From positions 192,001-256,000 of the forward strand of contig JAHPZE010000003.1 in assembly GCA_019058365.1 (NCBI GenBank): a DNA stretch of 64,000 bases, in the 5' to 3' direction. The position numbers and the translations under genes are program-made. This DNA is from Promethearchaeota archaeon. GTDB taxonomy: Archaea; Asgardarchaeota; Lokiarchaeia; Sigyniarchaeales; SOKP01. How positions within the stretch are numbered: the stretch's first letter is position 1; each line of letters opens with the position of its first letter. Shown here piece after piece: positions 19,542-28,684 of the stretch. Below the pieces are notes generated by a model that was not told the origin of the DNA, searched no databases, and was given only the letters and a program-made list of their open reading frames with translations.

Positions 19542-21925
19542 TTAGTGGAGTAAAAAGAAAAAAAACCGCAGTTGAAAGTACTTATAGATTTTTTCAAACT
19601 GTTGACTTAATTATATCTCATTTTAAAAGGGAAGCTGATAAAAATAAAATTTTTGAACTTATTGGTAAGAAAAATAGTTTTGATGATTTACTAAAAGCTA
19701 CCGCGACTATTCATATTTATCACAGTTTAGGAATCCGAGTTCAAAAGTTATTAGATAAAGACAAATTTACTTTCGATTCAACTAAGAATTTAGAACTTAC
19801 AGAGAAAAAGGTGATTAATGAGGAAGTTGATTTACTATTAAAAAACTCATTAAATTTAGAAGTAAACCTCCTCAACAAGATAATTGATTTAGAAAATAAG
19901 ATTATTTCTTTTTTAATTGAAGAGAGAAAGGAAACTCTCCAGAATATTGAAAGAGAGAAATTAATAAAGGATATTGAAGGTCAAATTGAACAAGAATTAC
20001 AAGAAATCATATTGAACTATCCCCCATTCTACTTTTACGATTTAATTGGTGATTTGATTGGACTTAATGATGAAATTAAAAAAGAAATTTTAGAGGAATC
20101 TGCTGCTTTTAAGGATATTTCTGTCGAATTAGAGAAAAAACTTGAGTTGGAAGAAAAAGAAGATAAATTCATAGAATTAGCGACATTGGACAGGCTGATA
20201 GATAAAATACGTACACAATTCGAATTTAAATCATATAAAGAATTACAAATTCAAGCAATGCCCATAAGAATGATAAAAAGAAGAGTATTAGAATATAATT
20301 TTAACCGATTTCCTATTTCAATACCCGGTTTGAAGGTATTCATGGAAGCGAATAACCTAAAAAAAGACCTTATTTATAAAATTGAAAATGCTCTTAAAGA
20401 AAAAATCGATTATGAACAATTTGAGGCAAAAATCCTTAGTTTTTTAAGATTAGCGTTAATTAAAAAATTAAAAGAGAACCCGAATGATTTTATCTATTTT
20501 CTACAAAGCATAAATGAATGTGGTTTTGAAGATATAATTTATATATTACAAAAATATGGGGTTTACAATATTTTACATTTTTTAAATGTAGATGAAGATT
20601 TAACAGAAAATGTTAAAAAAAATATGGTTAGGTATAATATAAAAAAATTAGATATTATATCATTAAATGATACTAAACAAAATTTAATATATTTAGCAAA
20701 AAAGGCGATTTCCGAGCAGAATATTCAGAATGTCAGAGAGATTTTTGAAAAATCTGAAAAAATCTCTGAATTTGACCTATTAGAAATTATAACCCTAGAT
20801 ATAAATAAGGATCCGGATTTAATAAGATTTTTAGAAGAAAAAACTGGAACTAATATTAATGATTTAAGGCAGTATATTAGGAAAAAACAAGCAATTGATA
20901 AAGTTTTTTTATATGAACTGAAATTAAAAAATTACTCTCACTTATTATTTATCTTAGAGTTCGAAGATATTATCAATGAATTAGCAAAGGATATTTTCTT
21001 TTATATCTTATCCAAAATTTTAAGACAGCTTAGTAGGATAATTGAGGTTTATCTTAAGGTTTCTAACGATAGATCATTATTTTTATTAGCATTAAAGAAA
21101 ATGGGGGGAACAACTGATTCAGAAGAATGGATAAATGTAAAAATAGAAGAGTTGATCATTAAAAGAATAAATAAAAGACAAGAAGAATTAGTCATAGTAT
21201 TTGACGCAAATAATCAACCCTTCTTAGTTAATGGATTTATTTTGGCACGGTTGATGGAATTATCTTTAAAAGAAGCGATTGCTGTTCTAAAAAACAATCC
21301 AAGTCCTATATATGAAGATATAGCTCAATTAAAGTTAAAGTCAGATATAATATCTCCAATTTCATACTGCATTGGATATGATATAATTAAAAGAATTGAA
21401 AAATTTGAAGAAAGTCGAAAATCAGAAGTAGAGCAGATAATTGAATTTAAAGAAAAAAAAAAAGAGGAAAAAGCTAAGAAAATACGTGAAGTGCAAGAAT
21501 TAAGTACTTTAAATTGGATTGAACGTAGAATCACAAGTTCACTAATGAGAATTAATAGTCCTGGGATTAACCCAAATCAGTTATATTGGCAAGAAAAAGA
21601 TACGAAAATAGCTACTGATAATATAAAACTTCATAGTGAATTAAAAGGTGATCCAATTGAGCTAATAAGTCAATTTTTTAATTTTGCCGTAGAAAAAATT
21701 AGAAATTTAACTCCAGATGTTAAGTTACCCAATTATGAAAAAATTATGAATAATGTGAACGATATTACTGAAAAATTATTAAATGTACGACTTGGTAGAA
21801 CTCCTACCCCCGAGGAAAAAAAAAATTTACTTGATGGAGAAAGGTATGAAATTGGTAATCAAATTGCTGGAAAAATTGGGCGCTTATTAGATAAAGCATT
21901 ATATATAAAATTTAAAAGTAGATAG
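19538..21925 (+). CDS. Large hypothetical helical protein (~795 aa), translationally coupled to the upstream gene
   Basis: ATG at 19538 overlaps the upstream TGA (ATGA), preceded by GGTGAG; the track start at 19523 is an alternative. Confidence 0.8.
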   Translation: MISGVKRKKTAVESTYRFFQTVDLIISHFKREADKNKIFELIGKKNSFDDLLKATATIHIYHSLGIRVQKLLDKDKFTFDSTKNLELTEKKVINEEVDLLLKNSLNLEVNLLNKIIDLENKIISFLIEERKETLQNIEREKLIKDIEGQIEQELQEIILNYPPFYFYDLIGDLIGLNDEIKKEILEESAAFKDISVELEKKLELEEKEDKFIELATLDRLIDKIRTQFEFKSYKELQIQAMPIRMIKRRVLEYNFNRFPISIPGLKVFMEANNLKKDLIYKIENALKEKIDYEQFEAKILSFLRLALIKKLKENPNDFIYFLQSINECGFEDIIYILQKYGVYNILHFLNVDEDLTENVKKNMVRYNIKKLDIISLNDTKQNLIYLAKKAISEQNIQNVREIFEKSEKISEFDLLEIITLDINKDPDLIRFLEEKTGTNINDLRQYIRKKQAIDKVFLYELKLKNYSHLLFILEFEDIINELAKDIFFYILSKILRQLSRIIEVYLKVSNDRSLFLLALKKMGGTTDSEEWINVKIEELIIKRINKRQEELVIVFDANNQPFLVNGFILARLMELSLKEAIAVLKNNPSPIYEDIAQLKLKSDIISPISYCIGYDIIKRIEKFEESRKSEVEQIIEFKEKKKEEKAKKIREVQELSTLNWIERRITSSLMRINSPGINPNQLYWQEKDTKIATDNIKLHSELKGDPIELISQFFNFAVEKIRNLTPDVKLPNYEKIMNNVNDITEKLLNVRLGRTPTPEEKKNLLDGERYEIGNQIAGKIGRLLDKALYIKFKSR

Positions 21926-22099
21926 AAATCAATTTGAAATTAACAAAATTTTGAGTACAAATATAATGCTTATAATCTTTTTCATTTTCTCTTTTTAACA
22001 ATATTAGTTTTGAACAACTTGTAGGAAATAATAAAGATATTAAAAGATTCATTATTTAATCTATATAAAATTAAATTAGAAAATACGGATTATATTCTT

Positions 22100-22375
22100 A
22101 TGGTCTTAATATTTTCATGGATTAAGAAAGAGTTAATCTATATAAAAGATTCTCTCACTGAAATTATTAAAGCGATAATTCTCGTAGCTTTAGCATCTTC
22201 AGGTATAGCATTTGCTTTATTACTCCGATATTTAGGATATAATGGGACAATAATCACATTTGTTGGGATTGTAGCAGAATTTATCTCTTTATTCATTTGT
22301 TATTTCTTATTTCGTAATTATTTGAAATCAGAGGAAAAAACTGAATCCTCTAAACCAAAGGGAAAGAAAATCTAG
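22100..22375 (+). CDS. Small 2-TM membrane protein
   Basis: Two hydrophobic helices and a basic tail. Confidence 0.65.
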   Translation: MVLIFSWIKKELIYIKDSLTEIIKAIILVALASSGIAFALLLRYLGYNGTIITFVGIVAEFISLFICYFLFRNYLKSEEKTESSKPKGKKI

Positions 22376-22387
22376 TTAATGAAAAAA

Positions 22388-23110
22388 TTATATAAAATTT
22401 TCCCAAGGTCTTTCATCAATTCGTTGGGAGATTAAATAATCTTTAACGTCAATTTTTAATATATTAGGATCATATTCCCAAGCACCTTCTTTATTAAATG
22501 AAATACATCTAAGTTTTTCAATATTAAATTTAGACTTAATTAAAAAACCATACATAGACACTTGTGGTAAAGAAAGTAAAAAATTACCCTCCGGTTTATA
22601 ATCAATTACTTTAACTATATCATTTTGAATTTGAATTAAATCAATATGTCCCGTAATTATATTTTTTTTCTGGGCATTCCAAATTGGAACTTCTATAGCT
22701 ATAGCATCCTTATCTTTTATCAAAATATTTTTTAAAATAGGTTCATGTCCTGGTGCTCCAGGGAAATTATTAGCTTGATAATTCTCATAGACTTTTTGAG
22801 CATACTTTGGTAATTTCGAATTAGAATCATGATACTGAATTTTATTAGATCTAATAAGATTTTTACTAAAACTTCTAATAAAAGTATTTTTAATACCTCT
22901 AATTTTAAATTGAGATACTCTTGGAAATTGCTTTGTATTAAATAGATTGTTGGGGATTAATCCCTCTAAAACCTTCTTAAAATGGTCTTTAAGGCGATTT
23001 AATTCTTCTCTGTTAGAAGTTATTTGCAAATATTTTTCTCTATGGTGTGTTTTATTCCAATTAAAGGAATAGGGAATATTTTGATGAATAAAAATTTTTT
23101 TCTTAAGCAA
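22388..23110 (-). CDS. PD-(D/E)XK nuclease family protein (RecB/Cas4-like catalytic core)
   Basis: H...E-VP...GHIDL...VIDYKP...QVSMY motif series. Confidence 0.8.
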   Translation of the reverse strand: MLKKKIFIHQNIPYSFNWNKTHHREKYLQITSNREELNRLKDHFKKVLEGLIPNNLFNTKQFPRVSQFKIRGIKNTFIRSFSKNLIRSNKIQYHDSNSKLPKYAQKVYENYQANNFPGAPGHEPILKNILIKDKDAIAIEVPIWNAQKKNIITGHIDLIQIQNDIVKVIDYKPEGNFLLSLPQVSMYGFLIKSKFNIEKLRCISFNKEGAWEYDPNILKIDVKDYLISQRIDERPWENFI

Positions 23111-23578
23111 GCTTTATACTCTCTAAAAATTTACCAATTCTATATAATACAATTAATATAAGTCTTAAATTTAATTTAAGAATTTTATTTATTAAAAAGA
23201 ATATATTAACAATTTATTAATTTCTTAAGAAATGTTTGCTCAATTTAGCTTATTTAAATTAAATTAATGTGTTTTTTAAAGGATTCTATTAAATTTGAGG
23301 AAATTAGACTTTTTCCTTTACAAGCTATTTTACAAATAGAAAATTTACAATTAAATATCTGTTAATTTCAAATTAAATTAATAGAATTCTTTGATTCTTT
23401 AAAGAATCTTTTGCAAAATCCTTAGGGTTAAATTTGAATTAACCATAAGCTTTTTAATGAAAAATTATAATCTTATATTTAGGCTTAGTAAATAAAGAAA
23501 AATATTGTTTTCTAAGTATTCAAATTAACATGAAATTAAATCTATTTCAAGAAATAAATCATTAGAGATGTTAATTCT

Positions 23579-24064
23579 ATGGATCATGATTATAAAAAAG
23601 ATAATCCTAAAAAGAAAATCAAAGTCAAGGATAAAGAAGAATTAACCCTATCGTATAAAAAAGAAGAATTTCTTGAGCATTTCCCATACCTGATAAAAGA
23701 GATATCTGAAAAAACAAAATCAATAGAAATAAATTCAATTAATTGTCAAATTGAGCAAATTCATAAAGAAAAGTTTCAGATTTCAAAAAATGATTACCCA
23801 AATGAGCTATATAATCCGGGAGCGATTGATTTTATCAGAAGATGTTCAAGCAAAAAGGATGCAATTAATATACTAGATTATTTAATGAAAAGAAATGAAA
23901 TTAATAAGGAAGATTATAAATCTTATAAGAATATTATTTCACAAAAAGGGGGGTTAGAACGAATTATTAACGAGAGTGGTGGTTTAAAAAAACCTGGATA
24001 TTATATGAGAAAATATTATAAAAAGGATATGAAAAATCAAAAATTAAATAGTAATGAGGATTAG
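23579..24064 (+). CDS. DUF2095 family archaeal protein
   Basis: F...FP.L..EI, YNPGAIDFIRRC...DAINILDYL.KRNEI, KKPGYY. Confidence 0.75.
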   Translation: MDHDYKKDNPKKKIKVKDKEELTLSYKKEEFLEHFPYLIKEISEKTKSIEINSINCQIEQIHKEKFQISKNDYPNELYNPGAIDFIRRCSSKKDAINILDYLMKRNEINKEDYKSYKNIISQKGGLERIINESGGLKKPGYYMRKYYKKDMKNQKLNSNED

Positions 24065-24072
24065 CATCATTT

Positions 24073-24145
24073 GACAGATGATGAACTTATGACAAAGCTA
24101 GCTGCTTGCTCGGTAGCAATGACGTTGTCGCCCCAAACTGATGTC
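24073..24145 (+). ncRNA. C/D-box sRNA (2'-O-methylation guide)
   Basis: Terminal stem GACA/TGTC, box C ATGATGA (24078-84), D'-like CTAG (24098-101), C'-like ATGACGT (24119-25), box D CTGA (24138-41), 12-13 nt guides; GC-richer than its flanks. Confidence 0.85.
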
Positions 24146-24160
24146 TTAACTTATTGTTAA

Positions 24161-24409
24161 CTATTTATTTAATCTTTTTCGAAAAAGAACTCCCTTCTCA
24201 GATAAAAAATATTCATCATTATTTTTTTTAATAAGACCTAAATCGAATAAAACTGGGATTCTCCCATTTATGCATGATATTGGTAACCCAGAAAATAATT
24301 TAATTGTCTCGTAATTTTTTGCCCCATTATCGATCGCAACCAGTATTTCAATTCCCATATAACCTAAAATATTCTTTAAATCTTCTGAAGTTTCTTCTTC
24401 ATTAGGCAT
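24161..24409 (-). CDS. Small winged-helix protein
   Basis: HTH-like helices followed by L.DLGLIKK...YFLSEKG wing. Confidence 0.7.
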   Translation of the reverse strand: MPNEEETSEDLKNILGYMGIEILVAIDNGAKNYETIKLFSGLPISCINGRIPVLFDLGLIKKNNDEYFLSEKGVLFRKRLNK

Positions 24410-24477
24410 TATAAATCGTGTGTTTGTAAATTTTATTAAAGAACAAATTCCAATATCTACGTTTTTTTTAATTATTA

Positions 24478-25734
24478 TTATTTTTGTGTGATTTTCTTTT
24501 TTTTAGAATTTTTTTTTCTCGTATTTTTTAAATTAGATTTATTTTCTTCTATTGGAAGAACTATTTCTTCTTCATTAAATTCCTGTCCTTCTTTAAGTTT
24601 GGTGGAGTATTTATTTGCAACTACAGGTTCAGATTCCTTTGGTAAAAGTTTCCTCATCCATTCTGGAAAAGCAGTTGTAATTTGCAAATTGGTTTTCAAA
24701 ACAATATAAGTCTCACCATTATAATTTAATTCTTCAATGACATCATATTTCTTTAAAAAATCAATATTTTCCATTAAGGAATCTAAAGATTTTTTTGAAA
24801 CTAGTTTAGGTAATTTATCTTTTGAAATTAACCCATTTCTTAATTCTGAAAGGACATTATATTTTTTCGAATCCGCCATTATTTGAAATAAAGTAAAAGC
24901 ATCTTCTTTTATTTGTTCCTTAGTTTTCTTTTCATATTCACTATAGTATTCTTGGACTTTAGGAAGGAGTAGTTCTATCAATTCTGGCTTATCATCAATA
25001 TACTCAATGACACTATCGGGTGGTATCCTTTCAGCGTTTACTTCTTTTAATAAAAGTACATATTTCTCTACTAAACCTATTTGGTTAATAAAAATAAATT
25101 GTTTATCGACTAAAGTATCAATAATCTCATTAAAATCTTTTTCTGGAAACTTCTCAATATACCATTCTCTTAACCATTCTAACGGGATTGGACCTTTAGA
25201 CAACTTTTCTAATGTCTTGAATATATGTTTATCATTTAATAAAATAGCTATTTTCTCTTCTTCTGTTTTTTCTCTTGTATCTTCAATAATTGCCCAATAT
25301 AAATTATTTACCCAAGCTTCTATTAAGGATTCATTTTTAACTATATTCTCCTGATCATCTTCATCAAAATTATTTATATCATTTATATAAAATGCTGTAA
25401 AAATTTCTTCATTTGATTGCAATCGTTCTGAGAATTCAGTGCATAGAATTGATATTTTTTCTTCAATTTCAAGAGGAATTTGTTGGTCAAGAATAATTGA
25501 AACCATTAACATTTCTTTATTTCCTCGCGCCCAATCTGAATGAATCTCAAAGTAATAATTCATTGATTTTAGATTTTCAAAAGAATGAGTAAAAAAGCCC
25601 TCACTAAATTGTTGATCCATGATGTTAGCTACTTTACCTGATAATTCCTTTTCTAAGATATTCCTTGGGTAAGAATAAAACACTAATGGACCAATTTTAC
25701 GATGAAAATATGATAAGACGACGATAGTTTTCAA
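24478..25734 (-). CDS. Longin/uDENN-like N-terminal domain protein with C-terminal winged-helix-like repeats (NPRL2/folliculin-like architecture)
   Basis: LSYFHRKIGPLVFYSYP start, FEIHSDWARGNKEMLMVSIIL, two wHTH-like segments. Confidence 0.6.
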   Translation of the reverse strand: MKTIVVLSYFHRKIGPLVFYSYPRNILEKELSGKVANIMDQQFSEGFFTHSFENLKSMNYYFEIHSDWARGNKEMLMVSIILDQQIPLEIEEKISILCTEFSERLQSNEEIFTAFYINDINNFDEDDQENIVKNESLIEAWVNNLYWAIIEDTREKTEEEKIAILLNDKHIFKTLEKLSKGPIPLEWLREWYIEKFPEKDFNEIIDTLVDKQFIFINQIGLVEKYVLLLKEVNAERIPPDSVIEYIDDKPELIELLLPKVQEYYSEYEKKTKEQIKEDAFTLFQIMADSKKYNVLSELRNGLISKDKLPKLVSKKSLDSLMENIDFLKKYDVIEELNYNGETYIVLKTNLQITTAFPEWMRKLLPKESEPVVANKYSTKLKEGQEFNEEEIVLPIEENKSNLKNTRKKNSKKKKITQK

Positions 25735-25942
25735 TTAATGAATCTCCATTACGAATTCTATATTAGATAACAAGAACCGCTCTTTTTTTCTGTTTAACCT
25801 AAAATAAATTAATATTGAAGATTATATATTATTAAAGATAAATAAATTTATCTTAACTCCACATCTAATATCCTAGGATAATTAATATAAGCAATCAACT
25901 TAAATTATTTTAATGAATTAGTGATAAAATGAAAATTTAATA

Positions 25943-26698
25943 ATGAGCCCCATAAAATTAATTGGATTTGATTTGGATGATTGTCTTTTTGACTCAACGG
26001 GATTATCTGAAAGAGCTAGAATTAAAGGGCTTTATGCAATGATTGACCTAGGCTTAAAAATAGATAAAAAGAAAGCAGCTCAGATATTAGGTGAAATAGT
26101 GAGAGAATACGGTTCAAATTCCTCGAAACATTATAATCATTTCCTAAGAAGACTGAATCAGATGGAGGAAAGCGTTGAATTTCTCTCATATAATGATCGA
26201 TATAAATATATTGCTGGTGCTGTTATGGCATACCATGAAGAAAAAGTAAATTCAATACAATTATACGATGATGTAGAGAAAAGCTTGAGTAGATTAAAAG
26301 ATTTATCTATTAAAACAGCAATTATAACAGATGGAATCCCGATAAAGCAATATGAAAAGATTTTAAGACTTAAAATTGATAAATTAATTGATTTAGTAGT
26401 TATTTCAGATGAAATTGGGATTAAAAAACCTAATCCAGATCTATTCTATTACTGTTTAAAAAAATTTAGAGTTAAAGGCCAAGAAACAATATATGTAGGG
26501 GATCGTATTGATAAAGATATAATTCCTGCTAACTTAAACAATATATATAGTGTATATCTTCATCGAGGAGGAAAGTATGACAGTTATGAAAAAGATATAA
26601 AAATCCAAGATAGTTTTAAACCTGATTATGAAATCTCCAATTTAAACGAATTATTTGATATAATCGATGAGATTAACAAAAAAGGGTCTAAAGGTTAA
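25943..26698 (+). CDS. HAD-superfamily hydrolase (TIGR02253-like)
   Basis: FDLDDCL, ITDG, KKPNP, VGDRIDKDI. Confidence 0.92.
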   Translation: MSPIKLIGFDLDDCLFDSTGLSERARIKGLYAMIDLGLKIDKKKAAQILGEIVREYGSNSSKHYNHFLRRLNQMEESVEFLSYNDRYKYIAGAVMAYHEEKVNSIQLYDDVEKSLSRLKDLSIKTAIITDGIPIKQYEKILRLKIDKLIDLVVISDEIGIKKPNPDLFYYCLKKFRVKGQETIYVGDRIDKDIIPANLNNIYSVYLHRGGKYDSYEKDIKIQDSFKPDYEISNLNELFDIIDEINKKGSKG

Positions 26699-26706
26699 TC
26701 TATAAG

Positions 26707-27522
26707 ATGAAAGTGGCTTGTATTCAACCAACAATATTTGAAAACAGAACTAAGTGTTATAACGAAATTGAACTAATATTAAGAGAATTATTAGAAGAAC
26801 ATAAAATTTGTGATATTATATGTTTACCAGAAAGATGGGTTCCTTTTTTTAGAGATTCAACTCAAAATTTTCAAGACCAAAAAGGCGACGATTATACTTT
26901 TATTAAAACTTTAGCCAAGGAATACAATATTAAAATTTTATCGGGAGCAATCTGGGAGAAAAGAATTAATTCAAAAAAACCTACTATAACTTGTTACTTT
27001 TTTGATGAAAACGGTGAAGAAATCGGTAGGCAAGATAAAATCCACCTTTATGCTTACGAACGCGAACATTTCGAGTCAGGTAAAGAATTAAATGTATTTA
27101 AACTTGATAATTCCCATTATTTTACAATTCTTATTTGCTATGATATGGCTTTTTTTGAAACACCTCGATTAGCTATCGAAAACGGTGCAGATATATTGTT
27201 TTCACCGACACAAATAAGAGCTGATGGAATGGAAAATTGGAAAGTCTATCTAAAAGCCCGTGCTCTCGAAAACAGAGTACCTATTGTGGCTTGCAACACT
27301 TTTGGCAAGTTTATGAAAAGAAAATTCCTAGGTAATAGTAAAATCATTTCTTTCCATGAAGGCTATATATCCCCATCAAAATTAAAGATTGTAGAAGGAC
27401 CAAAAAATTCAAGAGGATTTATTTTTGACAATGTCGATTTAAATTTTCCAAGAAAATTAAGAGCAATTCGCTTTAAAGAACAAATTGATAAAAATAAAAT
27501 AAAAGTCAAAACAATTAATTAA
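26707..27522 (+). CDS. Carbon-nitrogen hydrolase (nitrilase superfamily)
   Basis: LPE, KIHL, ICYD catalytic triad; ARALEN. Confidence 0.92.
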   Translation: MKVACIQPTIFENRTKCYNEIELILRELLEEHKICDIICLPERWVPFFRDSTQNFQDQKGDDYTFIKTLAKEYNIKILSGAIWEKRINSKKPTITCYFFDENGEEIGRQDKIHLYAYEREHFESGKELNVFKLDNSHYFTILICYDMAFFETPRLAIENGADILFSPTQIRADGMENWKVYLKARALENRVPIVACNTFGKFMKRKFLGNSKIISFHEGYISPSKLKIVEGPKNSRGFIFDNVDLNFPRKLRAIRFKEQIDKNKIKVKTIN

Positions 27523-27546
27523 TAAAACATATTCTTGTAATTTGAT

Positions 27547-28503
27547 ATGAATGGTTCAAAAGAATTAAATAAAATCCTATTTTGTGGTTTAGAAAATGGT
27601 GGAAAAACTTCAATTTTGCTATTATTAGATAAAAAATTTAGTTTATTACCTGTAGTTAAACCAACTATAAAAGCAAAAAGAACCTTCTATACAAACTCAT
27701 TATTGGGAACCTCAATTGCCCGTTGGGATTTAGGTGGTCAAAAAAATTATAGAAAAATATATTTGGGTAATAAGAGCAAATATTTTACAGATATGCAATC
27801 AATATTCTATGTTATAGATATCCAAGCACCTAAAAAATTTGAAGAATCATTAAAATTTCTTAAAGATATTATTAATATAACCTCAGAGTCACATCCTGAA
27901 AATTTTCAGTTATTAATATTACTCCATAAATACGATCCTGACATAAAAAATAAGAAAGAAACTTTAGATCATATTAATTACCTAGAAAATATAATTTCAT
28001 CTACCATTAAGGAAGTTAAGTTTTCTATTTTTAAAACCTCAATATATGATGAACCAAGTCTATTGAAGGCTTTTTCTGATGGTGTTTTTTATGCAACACA
28101 TAAATCTAAAATGTTTGAAACTTTATTGAAAGAATATATGGGTAAAACTTACAATAGTTCTATGCTTCTACTTGATCAAAATTGCTTTATAATTGCTAGT
28201 AGAACCACAAATGAAAGTTATCAGAAAATTTGTGAAGCTATTGCTCCAAGATTAACTCAAGCATTAGAAAAATTAGAGGAATGGGATATAAATACAATTG
28301 ATATTGTAACAAATATAGAATTTCCAGAAAAACAATCAGAATTCCAAAAAGAGGGAATAATCTTTCTTAGAAAATTAGATATAAATAAAACGAGATTTTA
28401 TTTAATCGCACTTTGTTTAAATAAAAAAGTGAAAATTAAATCATATGAATATTTACCATTGTTAGCAAATAATTTAAAAAATTTACTAGAGAGTTTTGAT
28501 TAA
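27547..28503 (+). CDS. Rag/Gtr-like small GTPase with C-terminal roadblock-like domain
   Basis: G1 GLENGGKTS, G2 PT, G3 DLGGQ, G4 HKYD, G5 TSIYD; C-terminal SMLLLDQNCFIIAS roadblock pattern. Confidence 0.85.
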   Translation: MNGSKELNKILFCGLENGGKTSILLLLDKKFSLLPVVKPTIKAKRTFYTNSLLGTSIARWDLGGQKNYRKIYLGNKSKYFTDMQSIFYVIDIQAPKKFEESLKFLKDIINITSESHPENFQLLILLHKYDPDIKNKKETLDHINYLENIISSTIKEVKFSIFKTSIYDEPSLLKAFSDGVFYATHKSKMFETLLKEYMGKTYNSSMLLLDQNCFIIASRTTNESYQKICEAIAPRLTQALEKLEEWDINTIDIVTNIEFPEKQSEFQKEGIIFLRKLDINKTRFYLIALCLNKKVKIKSYEYLPLLANNLKNLLESFD

Positions 28504-28684
28504 TTTTCAACTAAAATTTAAAATTTATAATTTCTACATTTGTCCTTTCTTATAATTTTAATTCTAATTGGCAATTAAATCCTCAATTTTTTTAAAAAAA
28601 ATATAGTTTAATTTTACTTTTAGTTACCTCTCTGGGGGGTTTAAATACTTGTGATTAAAATCAATTTAAATAAAGGTTTAAAAT

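Noticed and set aside
22388-23110. Cas4 / CRISPR locus
   Set aside because: No Fe-S cysteines, cas genes or repeat-spacer array in the window
28620-28645. G-string CTCTCTGGGGGGT upstream of the cdc6-like gene as a possible ORB/replication origin
   Set aside because: Single occurrence, lacks the TCCA..GAAA ORB core, and no repeated boxes are visible
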